A stretch of DNA of 56,291 nucleotides. Source: a virus (lineage: Duplodnaviria; Caudoviricetes). The position numbers and the translations under genes were made by a program. The DNA is taken from IMG/VR virus record IMGVR_UViG_3300047557_001143, positions 1 to 56,291 of that record. The stretch is one strand, 5' to 3'. Below, one piece after another: positions 33,612-42,823 of this stretch (positions within the stretch are counted from its first letter, which is position 1; the number at the start of each line of letters is the position of its first letter). The notes under the pieces were generated by a model. It was not told the DNA's origin and searched no databases. It saw only the letters and a list, made by a program, of their open reading frames with translations.

Positions 33612-33712
33612 AAAGTCTCCAGTTACCGCCTCTTCGGCGTGGAAGTAGTGGACCACAACTTTATCTGCGCGTCAACATTGTGTTGCACAAAAAGTTCAAC
33701 TACACTGAGCGC
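33612..33712. promoter_or_regulatory. Divergent promoter region
   Basis: Rightward TTGTGT-17-TACACT (33678-33706) ends 6 nt before the cro ATG, so probably leaderless; leftward TTGACG and TAAAGT elements then a hairpin and GTAACTGGAG RBS. Confidence 0.65.
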
Positions 33713-33913
33713 ATGAAACTCATCGACTACTTCAACGAAGAACCGATCGGGGCGATCAAGGAGATGGCTGAGTACCTGGGTGTGACTCAGTCCTGGATGT
33801 CTCTGCTGATCCACGAGAAGCGACGGCCCTCTGCGGCCCTGGCCAAGAGGATTGAGGAAGCCACACAAGGCCTCGTGACGCGCAAGGAGTTGCGGCCAGA
33901 TTTGTTTGCGTAG
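33713..33913 (+). CDS. Cro/YdaS-like HTH regulator
   Basis: MAEYLGVTQSWMS...RRPS...IEEATQGLVTRKELRPDLF. Confidence 0.85.
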   Translation: MKLIDYFNEEPIGAIKEMAEYLGVTQSWMSLLIHEKRRPSAALAKRIEEATQGLVTRKELRPDLFA

Positions 33914-33921
33914 TAAGATTT

Positions 33922-34064
33922 CAGCACGCCGTGAGAAGCGTAAAAGGTGTGTCTGAGTCAGTCTCCTTGGGGGACGGCCTCAGATGCCGTTTTCATCACC
34001 CGCACAGGGTGCAGACACCCCCGGTAATTCTCACACTGGGGTCGTCCACCCAAGGAGATTGACT
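33922..34064 (+). ncRNA. Structured leader RNA (5' hairpin, long stem, pseudoknot) sequestering an RBS
   Basis: 33956-33983 pairs with 34036-34064 using G-U pairs; loop GTGAGAA (33931-37) complementary to TTCTCAC (34028-34). Confidence 0.65.
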
Positions 34065-34297
34065 TGGTTACTTATGCAGCCCTCCGGGAGGAGGAGGTCA
34101 CAGTCTTTGTGACCAAAGCGGGCCTGATTTGCTTCAGGTCCCACAGTGAAGAGTTTGGCAAGCCCGTAGACATCTTCTTGTCTCCAAGGCAGGCCCTCCT
34201 GCTGATGATTGACCTTCCTGACATCGTTGCCATGGCAGAAGAGTCGTTTCAAAAGTATTCGGAGGAGTTGGGCGATGCCGAACCGTCTAATCCGTGA
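34064..34297 (+). CDS. Hypothetical protein
   Basis: TTG start with AAGGAG RBS at 34052-57. Confidence 0.5.
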   Translation: MVTYAALREEEVTVFVTKAGLICFRSHSEEFGKPVDIFLSPRQALLLMIDLPDIVAMAEESFQKYSEELGDAEPSNP

Positions 34298-35090
34298 CGA
34301 GATGCTTGAGTCGGAAGCGATCCTTTCGCTGCCGATAGAAGCCCGATGGTTCTATGTCACCATCCTCTTGTCTGCTGACGATGTTGGCCTGTTTGAGGCC
34401 ACCAGTTTCAAGTTGGCTAGACGCGCCGACATCCGCCGAGAGTCGGGTGACAAACTCCTTCAAATGCTCGCTGACGCCGACTTGATCCGCCTTTACGAGG
34501 TGGACGGGAAGCGGTACGGATTCATCCCGAAGTTCCGCCAAAGGATTCAGATCAGGCGCCTCAAGTTTCCAACGCCTCCTAGGTCCCTGATGATGGACGA
34601 TCAGGACGCCATGAGCAAAATCAACGAGTTAGGTGCAAAAACAACCGTTGAACAACCGTACTTTACGGATGTTCAGCAGAAAGTTACGGTTGCCCAACCG
34701 TCTGAAGCGGAAGCGGAAGCGAAAGATATTAAAGAGGCTAACGCCTCTTTGTCGGGAACTGCGTTCCCTCCCTGCCCGCATGACCGGATCTTGAGTCTGT
34801 GGAAGCAGCACCTTCCTCACCTCGCCCAACCGCGGACCTGGGAGGGTTCTCGGCAGCAGGCCCTTCGGGCTCGGTGGGTCCAGGCCGCCAAGAAGTCCGT
34901 CTTCTCTGACGGCTACTCCACCGCCGAAGGTGGGCTGAAGTGGTGGAACTCGTTCTTTGAGTACATCGCGCAGGAGACCAAACTCTCTGACGGCTTTGAG
35001 TCCAACGGCAGGGTCTGGCGTCCTGACCTGCCCTGGGTTCTCAACGCCACCAACTTCGCCAAGATCATCGACGGGAAGTATCAAAAATGA
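34275..35090 (+). CDS. Phage replication initiator (N-terminal winged helix)
   Basis: MPNRLIRD...ADDVG...LIRLYEVDGKRYG N-terminus; DLPWVLNATNFAKIIDGKY C-terminus. Confidence 0.8.
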   Translation: MPNRLIRDEMLESEAILSLPIEARWFYVTILLSADDVGLFEATSFKLARRADIRRESGDKLLQMLADADLIRLYEVDGKRYGFIPKFRQRIQIRRLKFPTPPRSLMMDDQDAMSKINELGAKTTVEQPYFTDVQQKVTVAQPSEAEAEAKDIKEANASLSGTAFPPCPHDRILSLWKQHLPHLAQPRTWEGSRQQALRARWVQAAKKSVFSDGYSTAEGGLKWWNSFFEYIAQETKLSDGFESNGRVWRPDLPWVLNATNFAKIIDGKYQK

Positions 35091-35479
35091 CCTTCAAAAA
35101 AGCAGATGTCCTGGCGGAAGACTCCGCCGACAGTTTCAAGAGCCTGATGTGCAAGGCTCACGGCTGTCCCAACCGTTGGTCCGTGGACCTGGGTGGTGGC
35201 GGGTTGTGCTCTCGGCACGCCTGGGTTGACCCCTCGAAGTGGGGTGAAGTCACGCGGGAGATGGCGGTCGCCTCCTCCTACGGGACTCCCGCGGCCTTGG
35301 TCAAGGCGGTCTCGGAGGCGGAGAAGGAGCAGATCCTGCGCCGTCTCAGCGAGATCGGCTCTCCTAGCGATCCGAAACTTTGGGCCAAGGCCCTGCAAGA
35401 GCGGGAGAAGCGGGGAGATCGTCTGACTCCTTTCCAGAAGTCGGCCTGGAGGGAAGCCTTGAGGGTGCGAGATGAGTGA
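35087..35479 (+). CDS. Hypothetical replication-linked protein with Cys/His motif
   Basis: CKAHGC...CSRH; DPKLWAKAL. Confidence 0.65.
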   Translation: MTFKKADVLAEDSADSFKSLMCKAHGCPNRWSVDLGGGGLCSRHAWVDPSKWGEVTREMAVASSYGTPAALVKAVSEAEKEQILRRLSEIGSPSDPKLWAKALQEREKRGDRLTPFQKSAWREALRVRDE

Positions 35480-36308
35480 TCCATTCAAAATTAATGGCCC
35501 GACCTGCATTTCATTCTCGGGCGGACGCACCAGTGCTTATATGCTGTGGCGGGTGCTTCAATCTAATGATGGCCTACCATCAGATGCAAGAGTTCTGTTC
35601 TGCAATACAGGCAAGGAGGAAGAGGCCACCCTGCAGTTCGTAGACCGCTGCTCTCAGGAATGGGGTGTGCCCATCACATGGTTGGAGTACCGCGATCCGG
35701 CTCTTTTTGAAGAGGTCACCTTTGCCACTGCCAGTCGCAAGGGCGAACCGTTTGAGGCCGTGATCCGGCAGCGCGGCGGCTATCTCCCCAACCGGGTAGC
35801 ACGGTACTGCTCAAGCGAGATGAAGACCCGCACGATGCACCGTTACCTCAAGAGCCTGGGGTGGGAAGAGTGGGACACCTTCATCGGTATCCGGGCCGAT
35901 GAGCCGCGCCGGGTGGCGAAGTTCCGGGCGAACCCACATCCTGAGTACAAGGGCGAAGAAGTCCATATGCCGCTTGCAATCAAGCAGGTCGGCTCGCATG
36001 ACATCGCAGACTTCTGGAAGGCCAGTGCGTTTGATCTGGAACTGCCGAACATCAACGGCAAGACGATGCACGGCAACTGTGACCTGTGCTACCTCAAGCC
36101 TGCCTCACAGATCCTGTCTCTGATCCAAGAGAAGCCAGAGCGTGCCATCTGGTGGGCAAAGGTGGAACAGCAAGCCGAAGCATTCGCAGGATCAGCCGCT
36201 CGCTTCCGTGACGACCGGCCTTCCTACGCAGAGATGGCAAAGTTCGCAGAGAGACAGCAGGATATGTTCGCCGATGACGAAGGCATACCTTGCTTTTGTG
36301 GGGATTAA
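35472..36308 (+). CDS. PAPS reductase/PP-loop family protein
   Basis: SFSGGRTS PP-loop, FCNTGKE, GIRADE, GNCDLC, C-terminal PCFCGD. Confidence 0.85.
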   Translation: MSDPFKINGPTCISFSGGRTSAYMLWRVLQSNDGLPSDARVLFCNTGKEEEATLQFVDRCSQEWGVPITWLEYRDPALFEEVTFATASRKGEPFEAVIRQRGGYLPNRVARYCSSEMKTRTMHRYLKSLGWEEWDTFIGIRADEPRRVAKFRANPHPEYKGEEVHMPLAIKQVGSHDIADFWKASAFDLELPNINGKTMHGNCDLCYLKPASQILSLIQEKPERAIWWAKVEQQAEAFAGSAARFRDDRPSYAEMAKFAERQQDMFADDEGIPCFCGD

Positions 36309-36421
36309 GGTGACTCGTGAAGAAGCCCGCAAAGTCCTCAACCAAGTCCGTGAAGGCTCGGGAGCCTGGACTCGGGATCAGATTCGAGACGCTCTTACCG
36401 CCACCGGAGATCTGGAACCAC

Positions 36422-36607
36422 ATGAGGGACTGCGAGGCCCGGGAGTGGATCAAGAGGTACCGGGAGGTCGCCAGTACCTCGGGTGGAGCGCAGGCTCGAC
36501 TCTGGTGGCAGCAAGTCTGCGAAGGCATTGAAAGACGCCGGGGTCCTGAAGCCCTGGCGGATTTGAAAAGACGAATGAACGAGCAGAGAAAGGTAACTGA
36601 CAAATGA
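36422..36607 (+). CDS. Small hypothetical protein
   Basis: MRDCEAREW...IERRRGPEA motif. Confidence 0.55.
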   Translation: MRDCEAREWIKRYREVASTSGGAQARLWWQQVCEGIERRRGPEALADLKRRMNEQRKVTDK

Positions 36608-37131
36608 GCCAGATGGAGATGTTTGACAACGAGGGCGCGTGGCTTGCCCGGATGCGCAAGACTTGGCAGGAGAACATCCGCAAGGACACTACTTACTGCC
36701 CCTGCTGTGACCGCCCTGGTCGGGTGAACAAGCATCGGCTGACCAAAGTCCTAGCCCTGACCCTGCGGTGGATCATGGCCCATGGGTCCGACGACGGTTG
36801 GGTCAATGTTCAGTCGAAAGCCCCGCGGTGGATTCTGCGCAGCAAGACCTACTCGCTCCTGGAGCACTGGGGTCTGGTGGAGAGCAAGTCCTTCCGCTCC
36901 GGCATCTGGCGCATCACCCCCAAGGGGGCCTCCTTCGTCACCGGCATCATCACCGTACCAGAGGCAGCCTATGTCTACGACGCCAAGGTCGTCGCCTGGG
37001 AGCCGGTGCAGACCACCTTCCGTGCCTGCTTCGACCATTCCTTCGACTTCGACGCGATGATGTCCGAGACCTACGACTGGTCGTCACTGATCATCGAACC
37101 TTCCCCCAAGCCCAAGAGGAGACGCAAGTGA
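36604..37131 (+). CDS. Zn-ribbon plus winged-helix-like protein
   Basis: CPCC, LEHWGLVE, GIWRITPKG. Confidence 0.65.
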   Translation: MSQMEMFDNEGAWLARMRKTWQENIRKDTTYCPCCDRPGRVNKHRLTKVLALTLRWIMAHGSDDGWVNVQSKAPRWILRSKTYSLLEHWGLVESKSFRSGIWRITPKGASFVTGIITVPEAAYVYDAKVVAWEPVQTTFRACFDHSFDFDAMMSETYDWSSLIIEPSPKPKRRRK

Positions 37132-37415
37132 GCGAACTATCCGATTTCCAACGCAACTTCCTGCTCGGCCGAGGGGCGGGACAAACCCTGTACACCCAGA
37201 AGGAGTTCGAGGAGCGCCTCGCCCAGGCCAAGGCCGAAATCATGGCCATCGCCATCCAAACCTCCAAGCAAGCGGTCCAGATCGAACGCCGAGCCTGCGC
37301 AGAACTCGTTATGAGCCTCGCAAACGAGGAGGATGAGGGTGAGGTATCAACCGCGCTAAAAAACGCCGCCATGGCCGTTTTAAGGCGGATTCCGGGGCAG
37401 TTTGATGGCGAGTAG
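37128..37415 (+). CDS. Hypothetical protein
   Basis: GTGA-coupled start; ERRACAEL motif. Confidence 0.6.
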   Translation: MSELSDFQRNFLLGRGAGQTLYTQKEFEERLAQAKAEIMAIAIQTSKQAVQIERRACAELVMSLANEEDEGEVSTALKNAAMAVLRRIPGQFDGE

Positions 37416-37725
37416 TCTGTCGCCAACCCAACGCAGCCTCGCCTACTTGCGGGAGCAGGGCTATTTGGTGTCCATCGTGGAGCGGTGGAACCCTCATGCC
37501 CGGATTCGGCAGGACCTGTGGGGATGGTGCGATCTCCTGGCCATCCGCAAGGGGGAGGTCCTGGCGGTGCAGGTGACGGCCTCGGCCGTCTCGGCCCGGA
37601 TCAAGAAGATCCAGGAGTCGGAGACGATCGCCGCGGTGCGGGATGCGGGTATCCGGGTGGAAGTTCACGGATGGCGTAAGAACAGCAAGGGGAAGTATGT
37701 TCTCAGGATCGAGGACATCTCTTGA
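37405..37725 (+). CDS. Holliday-junction resolvase-like PD-(D/E)XK nuclease
   Basis: LREQGY...CDLLAIRKGEVLAVQVT. Confidence 0.7.
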   Translation: MASSLSPTQRSLAYLREQGYLVSIVERWNPHARIRQDLWGWCDLLAIRKGEVLAVQVTASAVSARIKKIQESETIAAVRDAGIRVEVHGWRKNSKGKYVLRIEDIS

Positions 37726-37875
37726 CTGATCATGCGGTGGCAAGACGACGGGTTTGATGATCTGGGCATATGCGTAATCGTCTTTCTCCTGGCACTGGCG
37801 GCCTTGCTGCTGCTGTTGCTGATCTACGCCTTGCCCTGATGGCTTTGTGTGCTCTAGCAGTTTTGAAAGAGTGGG

Positions 37876-38385
37876 ATGAGGAAGCGCAGCAGTTACCGCC
37901 CCAAGGGCGCCAACCCCAAGGCACACCTGATGGCCATCCAGGGGGCCTCCAAACTGAGCATCGACGATGTGCTGAAGTTCGTAGCGCCCCTAGACATGGC
38001 CATCGAGGCGGCAAGGCAGGCCAAGGCCACGAAGGAGCACTGGCAAGCGGTCTTCAACGCCATCAACCTCATCGAGGAGTTGGTGCGCAGGAAGGTGGCG
38101 CAGGACGAGGACGGGGCGATAGAGGCCATACAGCAGGCCGTAATCGACGCCCTGGACCGCCTGAAGGCTACGGGAAGCAAGACCCTCAAGGCGCAGGAGA
38201 TCAACGCCCTGATGGACCTTCTGGGGGTGTATTCAGACCTGCTGTCGGGGATCACCCACAGCGAACTCTTCGAGGCAGAACTGGGCGTGCAGCGCCGGCT
38301 GATCCGGGTGCTGTCGCAGGGCCCGAGACCGGGCGAGATCGTAGTAAGAGCAAAAGGTGACCGATATGAGCGAAAGAATGATTGA
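37876..38385 (+). CDS. Hypothetical helical protein
   Basis: MRKRSSYRPK start; 169 aa. Confidence 0.65.
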   Translation: MRKRSSYRPKGANPKAHLMAIQGASKLSIDDVLKFVAPLDMAIEAARQAKATKEHWQAVFNAINLIEELVRRKVAQDEDGAIEAIQQAVIDALDRLKATGSKTLKAQEINALMDLLGVYSDLLSGITHSELFEAELGVQRRLIRVLSQGPRPGEIVVRAKGDRYERKND

Positions 38386-38710
38386 CCCCAACGAAGCGAT
38401 CGACTTCATGATCAACCACTCCAAGAGGTACGCCCAGGCCAAGGCCAACCGCACCTACCTGGAGGAGTACCGCAAGACCATGAAGGCCGAACTCTGCAAG
38501 GACGCCCTGGCCAGAGGATTCGAGGCGGTCAACGCCCAGGAGCGCGAGGCCTACGCCGATCCGGAGTACAAGCAGCACCTCCTGGCCATCCGGGAGGCCA
38601 TCGAGGAGGAGGAGCAGTTGCGGTGGATGCTCGTGGCGGCACAAGCCCGTATCGATGTCTGGCGCTCCATGGAGGCAAGCAACCGGGCTATCGAGAAGGC
38701 CACGCTGTGA
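38366..38710 (+). CDS. Coiled-coil protein (UvsY-like?)
   Basis: YLEEYRK...AQEREAYADPEY...IDVWRS motif. Confidence 0.65.
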   Translation: MSERMIDPNEAIDFMINHSKRYAQAKANRTYLEEYRKTMKAELCKDALARGFEAVNAQEREAYADPEYKQHLLAIREAIEEEEQLRWMLVAAQARIDVWRSMEASNRAIEKATL

Positions 38711-38985
38711 ACATCAAGCAGTGGAAGAACGCCGTGGCAGACCTGGGCTGCGGGATGTGCCGCAGGATGGGCTACCCCGGCACTCCTGCACAACTCCATC
38801 ACCCTCGTGCAGGCGTAGGCATGGCCCAGAGGCAAAGCGACTGGCTCGTGATTCCCCTGTGCGAGCACCACCACACCGGCAGCAAGGGGTGGCACGGCAC
38901 CAGGGACGACTTCAAGCGGCACAACACCAACGAACTCGACATCCTGGCTGATGTCATGGAGTTGATCATTTCGGGCAAAGCATGA
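38707..38985 (+). CDS. Ref/DUF968-like HNH Zn-binding nuclease
   Basis: LGCGMC...AQLHHPR...IPLCEHHH. Confidence 0.75.
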   Translation: MNIKQWKNAVADLGCGMCRRMGYPGTPAQLHHPRAGVGMAQRQSDWLVIPLCEHHHTGSKGWHGTRDDFKRHNTNELDILADVMELIISGKA

Positions 38986-39683
38986 TTAAAAAGATCATCT
39001 CAACATCGGTGTTTGGGTCTAACCATCGGTACATCGTCGGTGCGAAAAGACAGGTCTCGTTGGCCAAGCATTACTACCCCAACTGGGAGTTCAGGCTATA
39101 CACGGACAACCCGAACAACTTTGCAGATGTTGACGCAAATGTCATTCATATCAAGGATGGGACTAGCGGCACCTTCTGGAGATTTTTCCCGCTGTTTGAG
39201 GATGACTCCACGATTACGATCGTGCGCGATGCGGACAGCAGGATTACGGCCAGGGAGGCCATGGCGGTCTACGAATGGATGGCGTCAGACAAGGCCTTCC
39301 ACATCATGAAGGACCACCCGCAGCATCCTCCGATTTCGATCCTTGCAGGTATGTTTGGGCTCAAGGGGCGCCTGGACAAGGAGTGCCTGGAGAAGATGAT
39401 CCCGTACCTTTACAGCAAAAACGAGTACGGCACAGATCAGCACTACTTGCACTTCCATGTCTTCCCCAAGATCAGGGATCACGCCATGACGCACGAGATT
39501 TATCACGGATGGTTTGGTCTGTCTCGGCACTTCCTGAGCAATCGGTACGAGTGGGTGGGCAACGGTTGGTACGAGGATGATCGACCGGTGTATCCGCCTA
39601 CGACAGAAGAAAAGGAAGGCTTTGATCCGATGGCTCTGCCAGACAGCGCCAAGTTTTCAAGTTACCCGGCACAGTTCGTATGA
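38982..39683 (+). CDS. Putative GT-A-like glycosyltransferase
   Basis: IISTSVFG, FWRFFP, IVRDADSR (DxD), ILAGMFG, GTDQ motifs. Confidence 0.6.
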   Translation: MIKKIISTSVFGSNHRYIVGAKRQVSLAKHYYPNWEFRLYTDNPNNFADVDANVIHIKDGTSGTFWRFFPLFEDDSTITIVRDADSRITAREAMAVYEWMASDKAFHIMKDHPQHPPISILAGMFGLKGRLDKECLEKMIPYLYSKNEYGTDQHYLHFHVFPKIRDHAMTHEIYHGWFGLSRHFLSNRYEWVGNGWYEDDRPVYPPTTEEKEGFDPMALPDSAKFSSYPAQFV

Positions 39684-40492
39684 AAAAGTACCTTGTCACT
39701 AAAGGATGGGAAGGCTTTTGCGACCGCCTGCAGGCCTTGTCCTGGGCTGTTGACCTGAGCATGAAGTTCAACCGCACGCTGTATGTGGACTGGACCGACC
39801 GGATCTGGTCGAAGGATGGAGAGACTTTTTATACCTACTTCCGATTTGAGGGCCTGGACTACATCGAAAGCCCGAAGAAGTTGCCAAAGAATGGCTCTGT
39901 ATGGCCAAAGTTCTGGACGAAGATCCTGAACAACCCACTGGATGACTACATCTACCCCATCAAGGAGCAGGTGGATCTTGATCTGGATGGGTATCACTTT
40001 GAGGACATCTGGGTTCACTCAGGTGTAGGTTTTAGGCGATGGAACTTCCCAACCCTGGTAGAGAAGTTGAGGTTCACACAAGCCACGAAGGAGGCCATCT
40101 TGAGCCGTTGTGAAGGGATTGATCCTCAACGGCCTGTGATTCATCTTCGTGGGACGGACAGGATGTCTGGAGTCAAGGCGCAGCGGTGGCAGGAACTGCT
40201 GAAGGTAGAGCGGCCGTACATCATCTCTGACGACCATAAGTTGGCTCACGATTACCTGCAGGCCAACAGCGGCGCCGAACTGATTTCGGCCACGCTGATG
40301 ACGGCAAGTGAGGGAGGGCATCGCGCTGAGTCGTCGCCCTACTCAAAGCATGAGATGAACCTTGACCTGCTGAAGGACTTCTGGCTTTTGTCTCGGGCAG
40401 ACCAAGCGTATGGGCTGATTGAGGAGAGCCTGTTCTGGCGGATGGCTCGCAACTTTCACGACTTTGGTGGACATAGAAAGGTGATGGAATGA
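39680..40492 (+). CDS. NodZ/alpha-1,6- or O-fucosyltransferase-like GT-B enzyme
   Basis: GFCDRL, IHLRGTD (fucosyltransferase motif I-like), YIISDD (motif II-like), DFWLLSRAD (motif III-like). Confidence 0.7.
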   Translation: MKKYLVTKGWEGFCDRLQALSWAVDLSMKFNRTLYVDWTDRIWSKDGETFYTYFRFEGLDYIESPKKLPKNGSVWPKFWTKILNNPLDDYIYPIKEQVDLDLDGYHFEDIWVHSGVGFRRWNFPTLVEKLRFTQATKEAILSRCEGIDPQRPVIHLRGTDRMSGVKAQRWQELLKVERPYIISDDHKLAHDYLQANSGAELISATLMTASEGGHRAESSPYSKHEMNLDLLKDFWLLSRADQAYGLIEESLFWRMARNFHDFGGHRKVME

Positions 40493-41445
40493 AAGCACTC
40501 GTACTCGGCGCCGGTGGCTTTATCGGCTCTCACATGGTCAAGCGGCTCAAGCAAGAGGGCTACTGGGTTCGAGGTGTAGACCTCAAGTACCCGGAGTTTT
40601 CTGAGACTCATGCTGATGAGTTCTTCGCCGCGGATCTGACAGAGCCTGCGGTGATGGCCAAGGCCCTGGAAGGAGGGTTCGACGAGGTGTACCAGTTCGC
40701 TGCCGACATGGGCGGTGCGGGCTACATCTTCACGGGTGACCATGATGCAGATGTGATGACCAACAGCGCCTTGATCAACCTGAACCTGCTCAAGGCCTGC
40801 CGGCATGACAAGCCGCCGAAGATCTTCTACTCCTCGTCGGCGTGTATGTACCCTGAGCACAACCAAATGGATCGGGACAATCCGAACTGCGCTGAGGAAT
40901 CCGCCTACCCTGCCAACCCGGATTCTGAGTACGGGTGGGAAAAACTCTTCTCAGAGCGGCTGTATCTTTCTTATGCCAGGAACTACGGCTATGAGGTCAG
41001 GATCGCCCGATACCACAATGTCTTCGGCCCAGAGGGAACATGGCGCGGAGGGCGCGAGAAGGCCCCTGCAGCCATTTGCAGGAAGGTTGCGGAGGCAGAT
41101 GATCACATTGAGATCTGGGGCGACGGAGAGCAGACCCGTTCTTTCCTGTACATCGACGAGTGCATCGAGGGCACCAGACGCTTGATGCAGTCCGACTTTC
41201 AAGGCCCGGTCAACATCGGCAGCGACTACATGGTGTCCATCAACACCCTGGCTTCCATCGTCATGACAGTGGCGCAGAAGAGTTGGTTGGAGATCCGACA
41301 CATCCCGGGACCGTTGGGTGTGCGCGGCAGAACAAGCGACAACCACCTCATCAAGGAGCGTCTAGGGTGGGCCCCTAGCCAACGACTGGTCGATGGCATT
41401 GAGCAGACCTACCGTTGGATCAAGGAGCGGTTGAATTCTGAGTAA
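40489..41445 (+). CDS. GDP-mannose 3,5-epimerase-like extended SDR
   Basis: GAGGFIG, AADMGGAGYI, SSACMYP, YGWEK, GGREKAPAAICRK, WGDGEQTRSF. Confidence 0.85.
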   Translation: MKALVLGAGGFIGSHMVKRLKQEGYWVRGVDLKYPEFSETHADEFFAADLTEPAVMAKALEGGFDEVYQFAADMGGAGYIFTGDHDADVMTNSALINLNLLKACRHDKPPKIFYSSSACMYPEHNQMDRDNPNCAEESAYPANPDSEYGWEKLFSERLYLSYARNYGYEVRIARYHNVFGPEGTWRGGREKAPAAICRKVAEADDHIEIWGDGEQTRSFLYIDECIEGTRRLMQSDFQGPVNIGSDYMVSINTLASIVMTVAQKSWLEIRHIPGPLGVRGRTSDNHLIKERLGWAPSQRLVDGIEQTYRWIKERLNSE

Positions 41446-41451
41446 AAGTTA

Positions 41452-41538
41452 GGGTTTATCGCTAGACACAGACTTGAACACGCTGTTAAAGTTCAGTCAT
41501 CGCAGCACGGTGCTGCGGGTAACAGAAAGGTAAGTGAC
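41452..41538 (+). promoter_or_regulatory. Early promoter unit 1
   Basis: TAGGG-N7-CTA box, TAGACA-18-TAAAGT with extended TG, CGCAGCAC/GTGCTGCG hairpin, GAAAGGTAA RBS. Confidence 0.7.
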
Positions 41539-41832
41539 ATGGACACCAACAACATCCCCCTGACCCAGATCGACGAACTGGGCCTGCTGCTTTCGCAGAT
41601 CGCTGAACTGACCGCTAAGGCGGACAAGATCAAGGATGCCATCAAGGATGCGGCTACGGCCGGTGGCGACAAGGTCATCGAGGGCAACCTGTTTAAGGCT
41701 ACGGTCGTCGAGGCCAACCGCAAGGTCACCGACTGGAAGGCCATCGCCAAGGTCTGCAACATCCCCGAGGATGTGATCATCGCCAACACGAGCGTCACCG
41801 CCGTGTTCTCGGTCAAGACCACCGCCCGTTGA
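41539..41832 (+). CDS. Early hypothetical protein
   Basis: IDELGLL...EGNLFKATVV...DWKAIA; host-like codon usage. Confidence 0.75.
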   Translation: MDTNNIPLTQIDELGLLLSQIAELTAKADKIKDAIKDAATAGGDKVIEGNLFKATVVEANRKVTDWKAIAKVCNIPEDVIIANTSVTAVFSVKTTAR

Positions 41833-41834
41833 CT

Positions 41835-42506
41835 ATGAGCCCCCTGATCCAAGAGTTCGTTGCCATAAATCCGGTGGATGCGGTCAAGCACCATTGGTTT
41901 GACATGAGCGCCGCATATCGCAAGGAGCAAGTGATCAGCGCCGAGATTTTGTCTCGGCCGCCTCCGTATCCACAGACGGCGTTGGTGTGCTCCTACGAGG
42001 GCAAGAAAGCCCTGATCTTTGTCGCTCGATTTGGGAACATAACCGGAGTTGCCGGGGTGCAGGTAGAGAACAGAAAGGTCCGCGACATCGCGCCGTTCTT
42101 CTTTTTGGTCGACGAAGAAGGGATCAAAGTTCGGCATAAGGACGGTACGCCGTTTGATTACCGCACAAGTCACGCTACCGGTGTTTTGGCTTTCCTTGCT
42201 GCGTTCTTGCAGTCTTTGGAAACCACTCCCGCCACCGGCCATTTGCCGATCAAACGCGCCAACTGGGAAAAGAAAGTCCGCCAGGGCAAAGTCCCGGTTT
42301 ATGACTGGAAGACGGTGGTAATTGAGCCAACCAAGCCCAAAGGCAATGACCAAGGCGGCACTCACGCAAGCCCTCGGTGGCATGAGCGCCGCGGCCACTG
42401 GCGCACTATGAAGTCGGGCAAGAAGGTTTGGGTAAAGAACTGCGAGGTCGGTAACAAGGCCTTAGGCGCAGTCTTCAAGGATTACATCATTAAGGAGTTG
42501 GCGTGA
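41835..42506 (+). CDS. Hypothetical protein with HASPRWHERRGHWR motif
   Basis: Conserved phage C-terminal H/R/W motif. Confidence 0.7.
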   Translation: MSPLIQEFVAINPVDAVKHHWFDMSAAYRKEQVISAEILSRPPPYPQTALVCSYEGKKALIFVARFGNITGVAGVQVENRKVRDIAPFFFLVDEEGIKVRHKDGTPFDYRTSHATGVLAFLAAFLQSLETTPATGHLPIKRANWEKKVRQGKVPVYDWKTVVIEPTKPKGNDQGGTHASPRWHERRGHWRTMKSGKKVWVKNCEVGNKALGAVFKDYIIKELA

Positions 42507-42620
42507 ATGAAGACGGAAGAGCGCATCGCCGCGGGCGTCAGCCTGTTGGCCTGGATACTGGTGTACCTCCTGGCCATCACGATCCTGCTGATGGACCTTC
42601 TGATCTGGCGCCCGGGTTAG
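42507..42620 (+). CDS. Small membrane peptide (37 aa)
   Basis: MKTEERIAAG-TM helix-MDLLIWRPG. Confidence 0.5.
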   Translation: MKTEERIAAGVSLLAWILVYLLAITILLMDLLIWRPG

Positions 42621-42739
42621 TTCGGGCTCCTGACTGGTGGCCCTTCACCTACACGACCGCAGACAACCTCAAGCAGATCAAGAGGAGGAGGGCTGTCCTG
42701 AAGGTGCAGCAGTGGGTCAGATGGCCAGAAGCGTTGTTC

Positions 42740-42823
42740 TAGGGAAACTACCTAGTTGCAATGTCTTTGACTTTGCGTTAAAGTCCTAATCACTGCACAA
42801 CGCAGGGTAACTGGAGAAACATC
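42740..42823 (+). promoter_or_regulatory. Early promoter unit 2
   Basis: TAGGGAAACTACCTA box, TTGCAA-17-TAAAGT, hairpin, GGGTAACTGGAG RBS. Confidence 0.75.
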
